DNA of 64,000 nucleotides from an uncultured Verrucomicrobiae bacterium (GTDB lineage: Bacteria > Verrucomicrobiota > Verrucomicrobiia > Chthoniobacterales > Terrimicrobiaceae). Shown in pieces: positions 50,883 to 61,195 of the stretch (within the stretch, counting starts at the first letter, position 1; each line of letters starts with the position of its first letter). The stretch lies in contig CAVPOC010000008.1 in NCBI GenBank assembly GCA_963706955.1, positions 128,001 to 192,000 of the forward strand, in the 5' to 3' direction. The position numbers and the translations under genes are program-made. The notes under the pieces were generated by a model, which saw only the letters and a program-made list of their open reading frames with translations, was not told the origin of the DNA and made no database searches.

Positions 50883-52247
50883 ATGAAGCGATTGCTATTC
50901 TTCGCTGCGCTGCTGGCTGGGAACCTTCTCGCCGAAATCTCGGCACCTCAGAATCTAAGAATTGTCACCGGCGAACCATCACCAACCCCTAGTCCAGGTG
51001 ACCCGCAAGACATCGACCTGACCGGCTATAAACTGGTCTTCGAGGAAAACTTTGACGTCCTCTCTGTTGCCGACACCGACGCAAAGGGGGATAATACCTG
51101 GTATTCTTTCCCGCCCTATGGTCCGGCCGGAGCGTTCTCGAGCTCTCATTTCACTCCGGAGGCGATGCAATGCATCGACGGCATGCTTGTCAACACGGCT
51201 TCATGGAATCCGGATAGGCGCGACCCTCTCTACCAGAACTGGGAGACCGGTTGCTTGTCTAGCATGGACAAGACACGCTCTGGCTTCGCTCAGCGTTACG
51301 GGTATTGGTCGGCTCGGGTAAAAATGCCAGACGCCGGTTGGAGTGCGTGGACTGCTTTCTGGTTGGCATCGGTCAGTGGCATTCCGAATGGCGGCAGCAA
51401 AGGATACGAAATCGATATCTTCGAATGGTATGGCGATTTTAAGACCCATGTCGGACACGCGGTTCATCCCTGGAATGAGGATGGCAGCCAAGGCGACGGC
51501 GAGGGTGGCGGCTTTGGGCCGATACCTGGCGGCGACGCAACGAATACTTGGCATATCTATGGATGCAGGGTCGATCCTCAATGGATTACGTTTTACGTAG
51601 ATGGCTTCGAGAGTAAAAGATTCCCAACCAACAACGAGTATTTGGCAGAACCCTTATACATCATCATCAACTATGCTTTGAGGGGCAATCCGGTGTCTGG
51701 CGACAAGTTCGATACCAAGGAACCCTCGCACATGCTCGTCGATTGGGTTCGCGCCTATGAGTTGCCGGACGAGGAACCTGTTCCGCCGCCCACGGCGCCG
51801 ACGTCTCTGGTGACAAATCCTGGCTTTGACGACGACAAGGAGGATACCCAGACGCCTAGCGGCTGGGAAGAATGGAGCGACATGGGGTCAAATCCAAATG
51901 GCTTTACCAGGCAGGGCAACAGCTATAGCGGTTCCCACTACTATGTCATGGAGGCCGACGGCACATTTCGGCTGTTCCTAAGCCAGGTCTGCTCAATCCC
52001 GGAACCGGGACTCTACACTCTACGCGCACGGGTCATGAGTATTGGAGGATTGAATGAGGCAGCAATGATCGCCAAAGACTACGGCGGCCCCGATGTGGAT
52101 GTGGCTATCCCCACCAGCAACACCTGGACGCAAATTACGATTCCGAATATCAGGTGTGAGGGCGCGTCAGCCCGCGTCGGTTTCTGGGCCGATTCGAATG
52201 GCGGTAACTGGATCGCCATCGATGACGTGGAGTTCTTTAAGCAGTAG
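50883..52247 (+). CDS. Glycoside hydrolase family 16 with a C-terminal CBM-like domain
   Basis: Signal peptide, WTAFWL, catalytic EIDIFE, WHIYG, VDWVRAY; NPGFD...IDDVEF jelly-roll. Confidence 0.9.
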   Translation: MKRLLFFAALLAGNLLAEISAPQNLRIVTGEPSPTPSPGDPQDIDLTGYKLVFEENFDVLSVADTDAKGDNTWYSFPPYGPAGAFSSSHFTPEAMQCIDGMLVNTASWNPDRRDPLYQNWETGCLSSMDKTRSGFAQRYGYWSARVKMPDAGWSAWTAFWLASVSGIPNGGSKGYEIDIFEWYGDFKTHVGHAVHPWNEDGSQGDGEGGGFGPIPGGDATNTWHIYGCRVDPQWITFYVDGFESKRFPTNNEYLAEPLYIIINYALRGNPVSGDKFDTKEPSHMLVDWVRAYELPDEEPVPPPTAPTSLVTNPGFDDDKEDTQTPSGWEEWSDMGSNPNGFTRQGNSYSGSHYYVMEADGTFRLFLSQVCSIPEPGLYTLRARVMSIGGLNEAAMIAKDYGGPDVDVAIPTSNTWTQITIPNIRCEGASARVGFWADSNGGNWIAIDDVEFFKQ

Positions 52248-52474
52248 TTAGTGCGAACTATTCTGCTTGCTTAGTCAAAAAGACCTCTCCCAGGTCATTT
52301 GCTAAAAGATCGATAACGTCCTCGCCGCGAAAGGTCCGGCACCGTTCGTTGCGTGAGTCAGAATCGCCGCCGGCTGCGCCAAACCTGCGGAGATGCAGCC
52401 GAGCGTAGGAAACCGATTCTCGGAATGCTTGCACATTGAGATCCACAATGTTATGAGCTTAAAGCCTCACTCGC

Positions 52475-52834
52475 ATGAAGTCTTTGCTCGGCCTCGGAAA
52501 GGGCTTCGCCTTCATGCTCAGCTTCTGCCTTATCCTCTTGGGCAATGGTTGCGCGACGTATTATGTCTATCAGGGCGGTGGTCATCAGCCGGGCGGCCCC
52601 TGGTCGAAGCCGAGGCCACTCAATGCCTCGGCTTGGGGACTTTTTAGGGGGGATGACAGCCTCAAAGATCCGGATGTCTGTCGGCTGCCAGACGGAACGC
52701 AGGTAGGATTCGATGCTGTGAAGATCGAAACCAACGTGCTGGCGAGCGTGCTGACTCTGGGAATTTGGATGCCGGCTAAAGTTAGTTATCGCTGCGCACA
52801 AGCGCCTCCCCCCTCTGGAACTTCGGCGGATTAG
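52475..52834 (+). CDS. Bor/Iss-like lipoprotein
   Basis: Lipobox-like LGNG-C; C-terminal VLTLGIWMPAKVSYRC. Confidence 0.6.
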   Translation: MKSLLGLGKGFAFMLSFCLILLGNGCATYYVYQGGGHQPGGPWSKPRPLNASAWGLFRGDDSLKDPDVCRLPDGTQVGFDAVKIETNVLASVLTLGIWMPAKVSYRCAQAPPPSGTSAD

Positions 52835-52854
52835 TTCATATATCTTGTCCTGGC

Positions 52855-54399
52855 ATGCCAATCGTTCCAGCAGACCAAAGTCCGTACGAATGGGCCAATG
52901 AGCATCGCACCGTAGGGACCACGCTGGACAAATATTTCACGGCATATAATCCAACTTCGCCGCTGAATAGAGGACTATCCGCTATGGAGATCCTCAGGAC
53001 CGCGGCTCGGGAACTCGAGCAACTCTTAAAAGACGCCCGCTCGGCTAAGAAGCACTTTAGGGCGCAGGGGGCGGGCTGGGCGCTTAATGATCTTGCCATG
53101 ACGATGCCCAATGGTTGGATGCTCTGGACAACAAATTTGAACGGCCACTGGGATGTTAGTCCAGTGCACCGTCACCCCAAATACAGCGCCGCGAAACTTA
53201 AGAACCTTGTCCTGTGTCAAGGCGGGGCTACGGTCGGCAAGCTGAACGAGTATCTTGAAAACCGGACAGCCAATCGGCGTGCGTTTCAGACTTCCGGAAT
53301 CGGAAATGGCCAGAGCATTGCGGGAGCTATCTCAGGGAGTACGCACGGTTCGGCGGTCCGCTTTGGAGCGACGCCCGACTACGTCGTCGGACTACAGTTG
53401 GTGACCGGACGCGGGAAAAGCCTGTGGCTGGAACGCGCCTCATATCCTGTGATGAACGACCGATTTATTGCCGACCTGAAGGCGGATCTTGTGCGGGACG
53501 ACGATGTCTTCGCCGCAGCGCAAGTGAGTTTGGGCGCGTTCGGCATTATCGCCTCATTAGCCTTTGAAGCCAACGAGATCTATCATCTCGCATTTCCCAC
53601 CGCCCGGGAAATCACCCAACAACAATTGGGCCAAGAGCTGGAGACGTTGGCCGATGTATCAAACGAGGACGATAGCAAATGGTATCACTATGAGTTCATC
53701 TTCAATCCATATAGACTGAAACCGATCCTCGTGGCTGCCGCTAAGAAGGTGCCATATTCAGGGCATATTCCGCCCCCGAGAGGAGCGCCGTGGGAGCTTG
53801 ATAGTGCCTGCCTGACACCTTCGGATAATCTGCCCGCGTGGGTTCTGAGACTGCCAATTCCAAGGCAAATCACCGGTTATCAGTGGAAGTGGTACCGGCA
53901 AAACGCTCTCCTGGAGAACTGGACGGGCACACCCGGCCAGGTTTTCTCAGCCACTTCGACATACTTCAGGGGTATCGTGGAAACAGCGTTCGCAGTTTCT
54001 ATCGTTGATGCCATCAAAGCCATGGACATCAGCATAGATATTGTGAGGAAGCAGCTCGTCCCGAGTATGTGTCAAGCCCGTGTGGTTCATCCGACCAAGT
54101 CCATGCTGGGCTTTACACAGCATAGTCCGAAGACGGTTGTTTTCGAGTTCGCCATGGCGAAAGGAAAAGGGCACGCGAAGTTTGAAAACGAATTGCGAAG
54201 AAGGTTCGCCGATGCCGGTATCGCCCATACCTTTCACTGGTCAAAGAACTCTGGCCTAACCGCCGCACAAATTCGGAAGATGTATGGAGAGGAAAGAGTT
54301 GGGAAATGGTTGGCGGCACGCGGTTACGTTTTCGACAATGATCCGGAACTCCAAAGAGTCTTCGACAGTCCGCATACCGTCCGAGGCGGACTCGCCTGA
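52855..54399 (+). CDS. FAD-binding oxidoreductase (aldonolactone oxidase-like)
   Basis: RAQGAGWA, GQSIAGAISGSTHG, VSLGAFGII, HWSK. Confidence 0.85.
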   Translation: MPIVPADQSPYEWANEHRTVGTTLDKYFTAYNPTSPLNRGLSAMEILRTAARELEQLLKDARSAKKHFRAQGAGWALNDLAMTMPNGWMLWTTNLNGHWDVSPVHRHPKYSAAKLKNLVLCQGGATVGKLNEYLENRTANRRAFQTSGIGNGQSIAGAISGSTHGSAVRFGATPDYVVGLQLVTGRGKSLWLERASYPVMNDRFIADLKADLVRDDDVFAAAQVSLGAFGIIASLAFEANEIYHLAFPTAREITQQQLGQELETLADVSNEDDSKWYHYEFIFNPYRLKPILVAAAKKVPYSGHIPPPRGAPWELDSACLTPSDNLPAWVLRLPIPRQITGYQWKWYRQNALLENWTGTPGQVFSATSTYFRGIVETAFAVSIVDAIKAMDISIDIVRKQLVPSMCQARVVHPTKSMLGFTQHSPKTVVFEFAMAKGKGHAKFENELRRRFADAGIAHTFHWSKNSGLTAAQIRKMYGEERVGKWLAARGYVFDNDPELQRVFDSPHTVRGGLA

Positions 54400-54620
54400 T
54401 CTTCGCGGAATCAGCCAGCGAGTCTTGCGCCGCATCGTTGGTGTGGTTCGGCCTGCATCGGCGGCCTTGCGACACCGAACAAATTTTACAGAGGATTCCG
54501 ATAGCCCCCGCATCAAAGGTTTTTGAACATTTTCGAAAAGAACACTGTCTTGGCATCAAACAGGAGGAAGGTCGCTTACTGACAAGAATTGTTTTAGTGC
54601 CCAAAAACGCACCTTCATTT

Positions 54621-54863
54621 GGGTCAGACTTATGAATGATTTACGCTCTCTTTGCCGATAGAGCTTGGAGCGATTTTGCAAACCGCGGCGATCCAGCGCA
54701 ACATCACCGAATTTCCCGATGCAGCTTTGGGGCATCGCATTTTAGCGGATGTCGTTTCGGGATTGGACTAAGCGATCCCAGCCTACGCGTGCCATGCAAC
54801 GTTGCTCGGCACCTACCCTGCGAGCTTCAGCGGTGTGTCAACTCACTAACAAGGACTGACCAC
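54621..54863. mobile_element. Degenerate GGGTCAG-ended element, about 243 bp
   Basis: GGGTCAGACTTATG ... CAAGGACTGACCAC. Confidence 0.45.
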
Positions 54864-54942
54864 AATGAAGCACCGGACGAGACGACCGGCTGCAAATGAT
54901 TGCAACTGATTCGCGGATACGGCGAGACATGTTGGGGACTGT

Positions 54943-55593
54943 TCACAGGAATGTGTCATCCGGGTTGTCCTGTTTTATTTTCTTAAATATTCCGAACGGC
55001 TGTCCGACAGGCACCACAACTCGTCCAAAGTGCGTGTTCAGCACCGACGCCGCCGAGGCATAGAAAGCCAACATCGAGATGAACAGTTCGGAATAGGCGG
55101 CCAGGTTGTGCATGGCGTGCTGCATGATGCCCCAAGTGCTCAACGCAAGACCGACGAACAGCAAGTCAATCAGCACAAAGATGGCGAACAACACCTTGTG
55201 CGTCTCCATGGCGCCGATGGTCATGTAGAGGCTGAAGATCAGGTAGCCGAGAAAGGCCACGGCTAGCTGTTTAGAGTCCACGGTTGCCGCGAGCTTGTCG
55301 CCGAAAATACCCATCTGAATCAGCCACGACACGCTGACACCAAACCAGAAAAGCGCATACGCTCCGAAGGCGGTAGTGCCGAAAGTGTTGTTGTGTTTGG
55401 CGTCGTGAATGCAGGCGAACAACTGCGCGAATCCCCCCAGGAAAATGGCCCACGGCAGAACGAATGAAAGGCCGCTGGTTAAACCCAATTTCTGAGACGA
55501 TGCGACTAGCGTCACCATCGCAAGTCCAAACAGACCAATGGCCGATGGATCAGCGGTCGAGATTTTTACTTCCTGCGTCGGATGATTAATCAT
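54943..55593 (-). CDS. satP: Acetate/succinate uptake transporter (GPR1/FUN34/YaaH family)
   Basis: ADPSAIGLFGLAMVT, FLGGFAQL, NTFGTTAFGAYALFW. Confidence 0.88.
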   Translation of the reverse strand: MINHPTQEVKISTADPSAIGLFGLAMVTLVASSQKLGLTSGLSFVLPWAIFLGGFAQLFACIHDAKHNNTFGTTAFGAYALFWFGVSVSWLIQMGIFGDKLAATVDSKQLAVAFLGYLIFSLYMTIGAMETHKVLFAIFVLIDLLFVGLALSTWGIMQHAMHNLAAYSELFISMLAFYASAASVLNTHFGRVVVPVGQPFGIFKKIKQDNPDDTFL

Positions 55594-55702
55594 GATCCGC
55601 CGTTTGCTCGAAGAAGTGTTGCCACATTTCGGGCATGAGGCTCAAGCTCAGAAATAAGTCATGCCGGGCATTGTTTTCATTGGCGCGTCCGATGATTTAT
55701 TG

Positions 55703-55728
55703 CCGGCGGCGAGGAAGCCGCCGCTACA
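55703..55728. repeat. Single GTAG-type REP
   Basis: CCGGCGGCGAGGAAGCCGCCGCTACA. Confidence 0.6.
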
Positions 55729-55746
55729 TCAATGCGAACTTGCGTT

Positions 55747-56610
55747 CTAAAATCCGGACTTCTTCTCTTCGGGTGTTTGGTTGAACACCGCTGGCATCGC
55801 TAACTCTCCCTCTTCGAAGTAATATTCAGTGCCGGCCTGGATTGGCAGATCGAGGATTTGCGATCCGTCGACAATTTGAAACTGTGCCTTCGCCTGCTCG
55901 TCTTCCTTGATCCTTTGCGTCGCGGCGTTGCTCCGTTCAGGGAGAAGCACACGCACTCCCTTGCCAAGCTCTTCATTCGTGAATCGATGGCCGACCGCTT
56001 TCACGGCGACAATTTGATCAAAATCTGGCGGCTTGGTGATCAGGTGCGCCAGGAAAAGCTCGTCGCCTTTCCCAAAGAGGAAATATTCAAGCTGAGCCGG
56101 CTTCTCCTGGGATGGATCGAACTTGCGCGCATGGACAACTTTGTTGACTTTTACAACCACATCCTCGAGCCCTTCGATCGGCTCGCCATTTCGCTCGAGA
56201 TGATCGCGAAAAATGGTGGCCTTGAACGATCTTAGCGCGGGAGAATCAGCGTTTGGCGTAAACAACCTGGCAAGGACGAATCGCGCCGGTTGAAGCGTGT
56301 ACATTTTTATACCGGCGTTGCTCTGCCGATCTTTCATGTAAGTCCCGGTCACGTCTTTGCCATTGCGGATGAATTTCGCCTCCAGGATCACCTGATAGCG
56401 ATGCATCGAGGTGTAGTCGGACTTGTCCTCAATGAGGCTATCAAACATCGGCAGATGGGAGAGGAAGACGGTCTTTTCTCCAATCACGAGCATGTTGTGG
56501 GTTGCTGGCGGATCACTCTCTTCCAGTCCGCTGTTTTGCCGCGCCGACACGAAACTTCCAGTGATCAGAAGTGCGGTGAGGAGGCGTGAGCTCCGGCTAT
56601 CGATCTTCAA
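55747..56610 (-). CDS. Hypothetical secreted protein
   Basis: Signal peptide; THNMLVIG..FLSHLPMF..HRYQVILE, LAHLITKPPDFDQI. Confidence 0.7.
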   Translation of the reverse strand: MKIDSRSSRLLTALLITGSFVSARQNSGLEESDPPATHNMLVIGEKTVFLSHLPMFDSLIEDKSDYTSMHRYQVILEAKFIRNGKDVTGTYMKDRQSNAGIKMYTLQPARFVLARLFTPNADSPALRSFKATIFRDHLERNGEPIEGLEDVVVKVNKVVHARKFDPSQEKPAQLEYFLFGKGDELFLAHLITKPPDFDQIVAVKAVGHRFTNEELGKGVRVLLPERSNAATQRIKEDEQAKAQFQIVDGSQILDLPIQAGTEYYFEEGELAMPAVFNQTPEEKKSGF

Positions 56611-57785
56611 GGCTATTCTCCTCTCTTTTCATGCGCTCTGAACTGGGCCGACGCCGTCACAATTCTGCCTTCTCTGACGCAGCGAAGTCAAGCCCGAATC
56701 CGCTCGCACCCAGCCTCGGCCACTGGCCAGAGAATCCGACCGTTAGCCGACCTAATGGCAGTCCGACCGCGTAACATCGTCATCTCCATTGTCGATGTTT
56801 TGTCTCTCCTGGGTTCCAGGGAGATGGGGCATCTCTCTGAAAACAATGCCGCTGGAAGAATGACCAGTCGAACATCCGGGGTTTCAACTCCTGAGCGATA
56901 CTCGTTTCCGTCCTGCACCGACTGCACCGGGGCTAAGGCACGCGAACGAGGCTCTTCTTTAAAGAGGAGAACGCCTTACGGCGGGAGAATTTCATCGTCC
57001 CTTGAAACTTTGTTCCCTCTCATTAATTTCGACTTTGGGCAACTCGTCGTAGAAGCGAGAGCGTTCCTGGATACGATCGGACGAATCGACTAAGATGCTG
57101 GCCCGGAGACTTCGGATAATTGTCATGGATGGTCGGACGACTGAACGACGCTAGTAGGGCACATACGCTCGCGTGACCCGCTCCGCCCGCATGACAAGGG
57201 AGGGCGTTGACCAGAGGCGTTAGCGCCCTCGGGAACTCTGCTCCACTCAGGTCGGCAGGAAGCTGGGGGCCGGCGAAGCAGTAAAGAGTTGTTCGGCAGC
57301 TTCCCCACGAGACGGCGACTTCATGCGACGGTGAACTATTTGCGCCACTCTGGACTGCTCCGGTCGCTGAGCCGTGATAGCGTCTCGCCCCTCTTGCAGC
57401 CAGATGTGATACACTGAAAAGATTGTTTTTACTTCATCCCGTCTCATAAAGTCACCTGCGGCCGTGCAAGTTCCCACGCCCGCGCCAGAAACAAAAATAC
57501 TCACGATTTGCTTCTCAACTTAGGCAGGATTCAGCAAGAGGCCATGGTGCAAATGCACCAAAAAGCGGTCTAAAATAAATCGGATTTTAAGGGCATTTTA
57601 GCCGATCCCCAACAACGCCCGGCAGGACTGGACACAACCAGCCAGGCACCGAGGGGCGGGGCGCCCGCTGCTCATTCGGTTTCGCCACCTCACGGTCGCG
57701 CGTGTGCCTGGCCGCAACAACCCGATCGGTATTGAAACGCCCAAGTTAAGTTCTGGCGGCCGGCGTGATCCTTCCGAGCCGGCAA

Positions 57786-59012
57786 TCATGCGCGCAAATC
57801 GGCGATCTCGCGACGCCAGCTCGCGACCAACGGATCGCTCTCGGGATCTTCGCCGTTGGCGATGACAGCCTGTTTGCGGAAGGCGAGTTCGTGCTGCGCG
57901 TTGACGAGTGCGGCCGACCGGCGGCGGTCAACCCGTTTGATGCGCCGCGTGCGGAAGATGCCATCGCGGCGAACGTCGGCGAATTCCTCAGGGGTGACCG
58001 CTCCGCCCACTTCACTTGCGAGCTGTTCCTTGATGACCTTGCGCTCCCATTTACCGCTCGCGCGTAGCGTCACCAGGAGAATGACAACGAATGGAAAAAA
58101 CAGTAGCAGATTTTGGACGCTGGATACGACCCAAGCCTCAAGAAAGGGCGTTTGTGGAGGGGGTCCAGGCTCCGGCACTTCTTCGCCGGCCTGACGCAGC
58201 AGGATGGTAACGATCAAGCCGAGACCGTTGTTGAAAGAGTGTGCGAGAATGGCCAGTGCCAGGCCAATCAAAGGCGCAACCCAACGCAACCAGCGTCGGG
58301 ACGTTTGCCGGGCGATGCCGAGAAAAGCGCCGAAGATTCCGGTGAACATTGCATGACCGCCCAAGCCAAACAGCGCGAAGCGACCGCCGTATTGAAAGCC
58401 CCAGGGGGCAATTTGATATTCGGCGTACGATTGGGCGACGTAAAGAGGCGCCTCAACAAGATTGAAGCCGACGCCGACCAGTGCCCCATAAATAAACCCA
58501 TCGCGCATGTTATCGAATTCGGAGCGGAGAAGAGCAAAGAGCAAGAATACTCCGACCGCTTTCGTAAGCTCCTCAATTGGGGGCGCAGCCAGCGGAGCGC
58601 CGAGAAGAAACGCCCCCTGCGGGCCAAGGTACGCGCCGATGTGTGGGTATTGCGCCAGCCAATCTTCGACAGCGAGAATGACACCACTGTTGAGCGGCAG
58701 AGCGATTCCGGTCGCGATTACCGCGCCCCACAAGATGGAAATGGCAAAGAGCCAAGGCGACTCGCGCTCCCGCCGGTCGAGATACCGCAGTATGAGAACC
58801 GGAACGATTGACAGTGCCGCTGAGGGGAGAAGTCCGATGACGAAGAGCCGCGCCGCCTCGGCCTTCAGGGATCCCACTGCCGCGAAAATTACCGCGATAC
58901 ACACCAGAATCGTGGAGAGGAGCGCCAAGATCACGGGTATGGCAACCCTGCGCTTCCGAAGGGGAGACCCTAGTAGCAGGCGTTCGCGCGTCGAACCAGC
59001 TGACCTGCTCAT
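57786..59012 (-). CDS. PrsW family intramembrane metalloprotease
   Basis: LDRREREsP-like motif, PIEELTK, GFNLVE, HAMFTG, HSFNN. Confidence 0.9.
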   Translation of the reverse strand: MSRSAGSTRERLLLGSPLRKRRVAIPVILALLSTILVCIAVIFAAVGSLKAEAARLFVIGLLPSAALSIVPVLILRYLDRRERESPWLFAISILWGAVIATGIALPLNSGVILAVEDWLAQYPHIGAYLGPQGAFLLGAPLAAPPIEELTKAVGVFLLFALLRSEFDNMRDGFIYGALVGVGFNLVEAPLYVAQSYAEYQIAPWGFQYGGRFALFGLGGHAMFTGIFGAFLGIARQTSRRWLRWVAPLIGLALAILAHSFNNGLGLIVTILLRQAGEEVPEPGPPPQTPFLEAWVVSSVQNLLLFFPFVVILLVTLRASGKWERKVIKEQLASEVGGAVTPEEFADVRRDGIFRTRRIKRVDRRRSAALVNAQHELAFRKQAVIANGEDPESDPLVASWRREIADLRA

Positions 59013-59085
59013 CGAGCCTTATCACTACACGCAAGGCGCTTCGTGGCAAGGGGACTAACAGCGTTCATCGCGAGGCCTTCAGGTT

Positions 59086-59853
59086 TCAGCCACTCCCAGC
59101 GGAATGCAAAACCGTCCCCTCCTTGTCCATCTCGATGACCGTGCTGAGACTATCACGTTGCAGACAGTAGGAGACGTCGTCCTTCAGCTCGGGGATGGAG
59201 AGTAAGCGACGGCAATTGCGCGACTCCGACATCCCAGCCAGCAGGTCGTGCCGTTCAAGCTGGAAGAGCTTGCGCGCGATGAGTGCCGAATCGGAGGCGT
59301 CGTGCGCGCACCACTCCGTCCAAAGTAGATCGCAGAGTGCTCCGGCGCAGAGCACATCCTCATAAGCTGGTTCCTCTCGGGTGCCGGCGCAGACAAGGAT
59401 AAGCTGCGGAGGCGTATGCCTGATCAGCCAGTCGGCGGTTGCTTGCAGATTAAGGAAGGAGGCCACCAGTACCGTCTGCGCATGAGCCGCTGCGCGCAAT
59501 GCACGCGTTCCATTTGTTGTCGTCATGACGATCGTTTTACCTGCGACCATTCCGCGGCGGAACTCCCGAGGGGAATTGCCTAAATCAAAGGCGATTCCAC
59601 CCGTGAGCTCCCCTAGAATCCGCACGCCCTCCCGCTCGCCCGCGAGCAGGACGTCCGGCCGTTGAGCGCGAATCGCCAGCGCCTCCGGAATGCTGGCGAC
59701 CGGAACAATGGCGCGGGCGCCCTGGTTGAGCGCGACAGCCATCGTACTGGTCGCCCGCAGGACGTCGAAGACGACACACGTGGCCGCGCTCAAATCTTCC
59801 CGCTCCAGGGCCGCAAACTCAATCGGCGAAAACAGCACCTCGAGACTTCTCAT
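59086..59853 (-). CDS. comB: 2-phosphosulfolactate phosphatase
   Basis: VVFDVLRATST, LAGER, FDLGNSPRE, TTTNGT, EDVLCAG. Confidence 0.92.
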   Translation of the reverse strand: MRSLEVLFSPIEFAALEREDLSAATCVVFDVLRATSTMAVALNQGARAIVPVASIPEALAIRAQRPDVLLAGEREGVRILGELTGGIAFDLGNSPREFRRGMVAGKTIVMTTTNGTRALRAAAHAQTVLVASFLNLQATADWLIRHTPPQLILVCAGTREEPAYEDVLCAGALCDLLWTEWCAHDASDSALIARKLFQLERHDLLAGMSESRNCRRLLSIPELKDDVSYCLQRDSLSTVIEMDKEGTVLHSAGSG

Positions 59854-59969
59854 CAGGACGAAAGAGTGAGACGAGAGGAGAAGGCGGTAACGGGCCGGTC
59901 TCTTCCCAGCATTGTCGCTAGCTGCGTCGAAGCATTTGTCTTCATGGCCAAGCGCTGTTCAGGATGAAC

Positions 59970-60346
59970 AATGCCCAAACTCCAATCAAGATATGTGATG
60001 CGCTTACGCAAAGCAGCGATGTGGTTGAGATCGAACTCGATCAGAATTGAAGGCTCGCGGTTTCGAGCGTCGCCGAGCGACGCTTGTTCAACGATCGAGA
60101 GAAGCCCAAACACTGCTCCCGCCGAAAGACTTTCCAAGATCGGGTGCTTCTCTTCGCGATAAATGCCCACCTTTCCCTCGACGATGAGATAGAAGTATTC
60201 ACTCGGGGCATCTTCCTCGATGACGACTGCCGGCGGGTGGTTTTCGATGGTGGCGCACGCCGCCACGGCGCGAAGTTGTTCAGGGGGTGATACCCGCAAA
60301 GAGGGCTAACTCCTTCCAAAGAGCGAACATCTTTTTCGAAGTCCAT
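59970..60346 (-). pseudogene. Frameshifted cNMP-binding domain gene fragment
   Basis: VIEEDAPSEYFYLIVEGKVGIYRE...LSAGAVFG. Confidence 0.6.
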
Positions 60347-60482
60347 AGAGTCTGAGGTTCTAATTTCATTAAAGCGCGTGGGGCAACTAAGGGTGCTCCT
60401 CGCGAGCTGAAAGCTGAGTAACACGTCGGGAAACTAACCCTTAGAGGCGGGGCACGTGTGACATCGTTTCGCGACAACGAAT

Positions 60483-60518
60483 GAAAAAGAAAGTGGCCGT
60501 TCGGATGAACGGCCACTT
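60483..60518 (-). terminator. Rho-independent terminator
   Basis: Perfect 12 bp stem AAGTGGCCGTTC-GGAT-GAACGGCCACTT followed on the minus strand by TCTTTTT. Confidence 0.8.
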
Positions 60519-61195
60519 GTGTTTTACTGAGCCTGGCGAGGCTCTAGTTTGCGGTGCGAAGACCCAAGCGTCGGATCACCAGGACGCTCATAAAGGCTTT
60601 GTTCAGCACGAGCTAGGCTCCTCCGTGGGGCACTTGGGCCCTCTTTCTGGTTAAGCTGAAAACAGAGACGTTCCCTTTGCCGGTTCCCCTTCGCACTGAG
60701 AACTTCAGAGTAGTCAACGGGTGCGTGGCATCCATGCTAAGAGAAGAAATCATTCGTTAACCATAATTAGCAGCTGCTGTGCCAAGATGAGGACCCGTGT
60801 ATTACCAAATGCAAGTGAGGTATTTACAAACAGGACGCGGTCCAACGGTTCCCCATCGGAAAAGACGAATTTGTAAAAGGGACCGACGCGCGGGCCCGCT
60901 GCGATCCAGTGCAGTCTGCTCTAGCTGCTCTCGAACAGGTATTTGCAACGAGTGCCCGGGTGTAAAGCGGCCTGACAGGACGTTTAACTTAGTAGCTTAG
61001 TGATGCTGATCGAAATTATGACTAGCAGAGCGATTTCTGGTCGAACTTCGTCGTTTGCAAACAATCTTGCTCGCGTGCCAGAGCGTGTTGAATAATCCGT
61101 CCGTTTTCCAGCTCTTGGGAGGGTGCCTTTGGCCCACACTGCATGGCGTGAAGCGTCACCAAGCGTAAGCAGAGTCTAAAGGAGACAGCTGCGCC

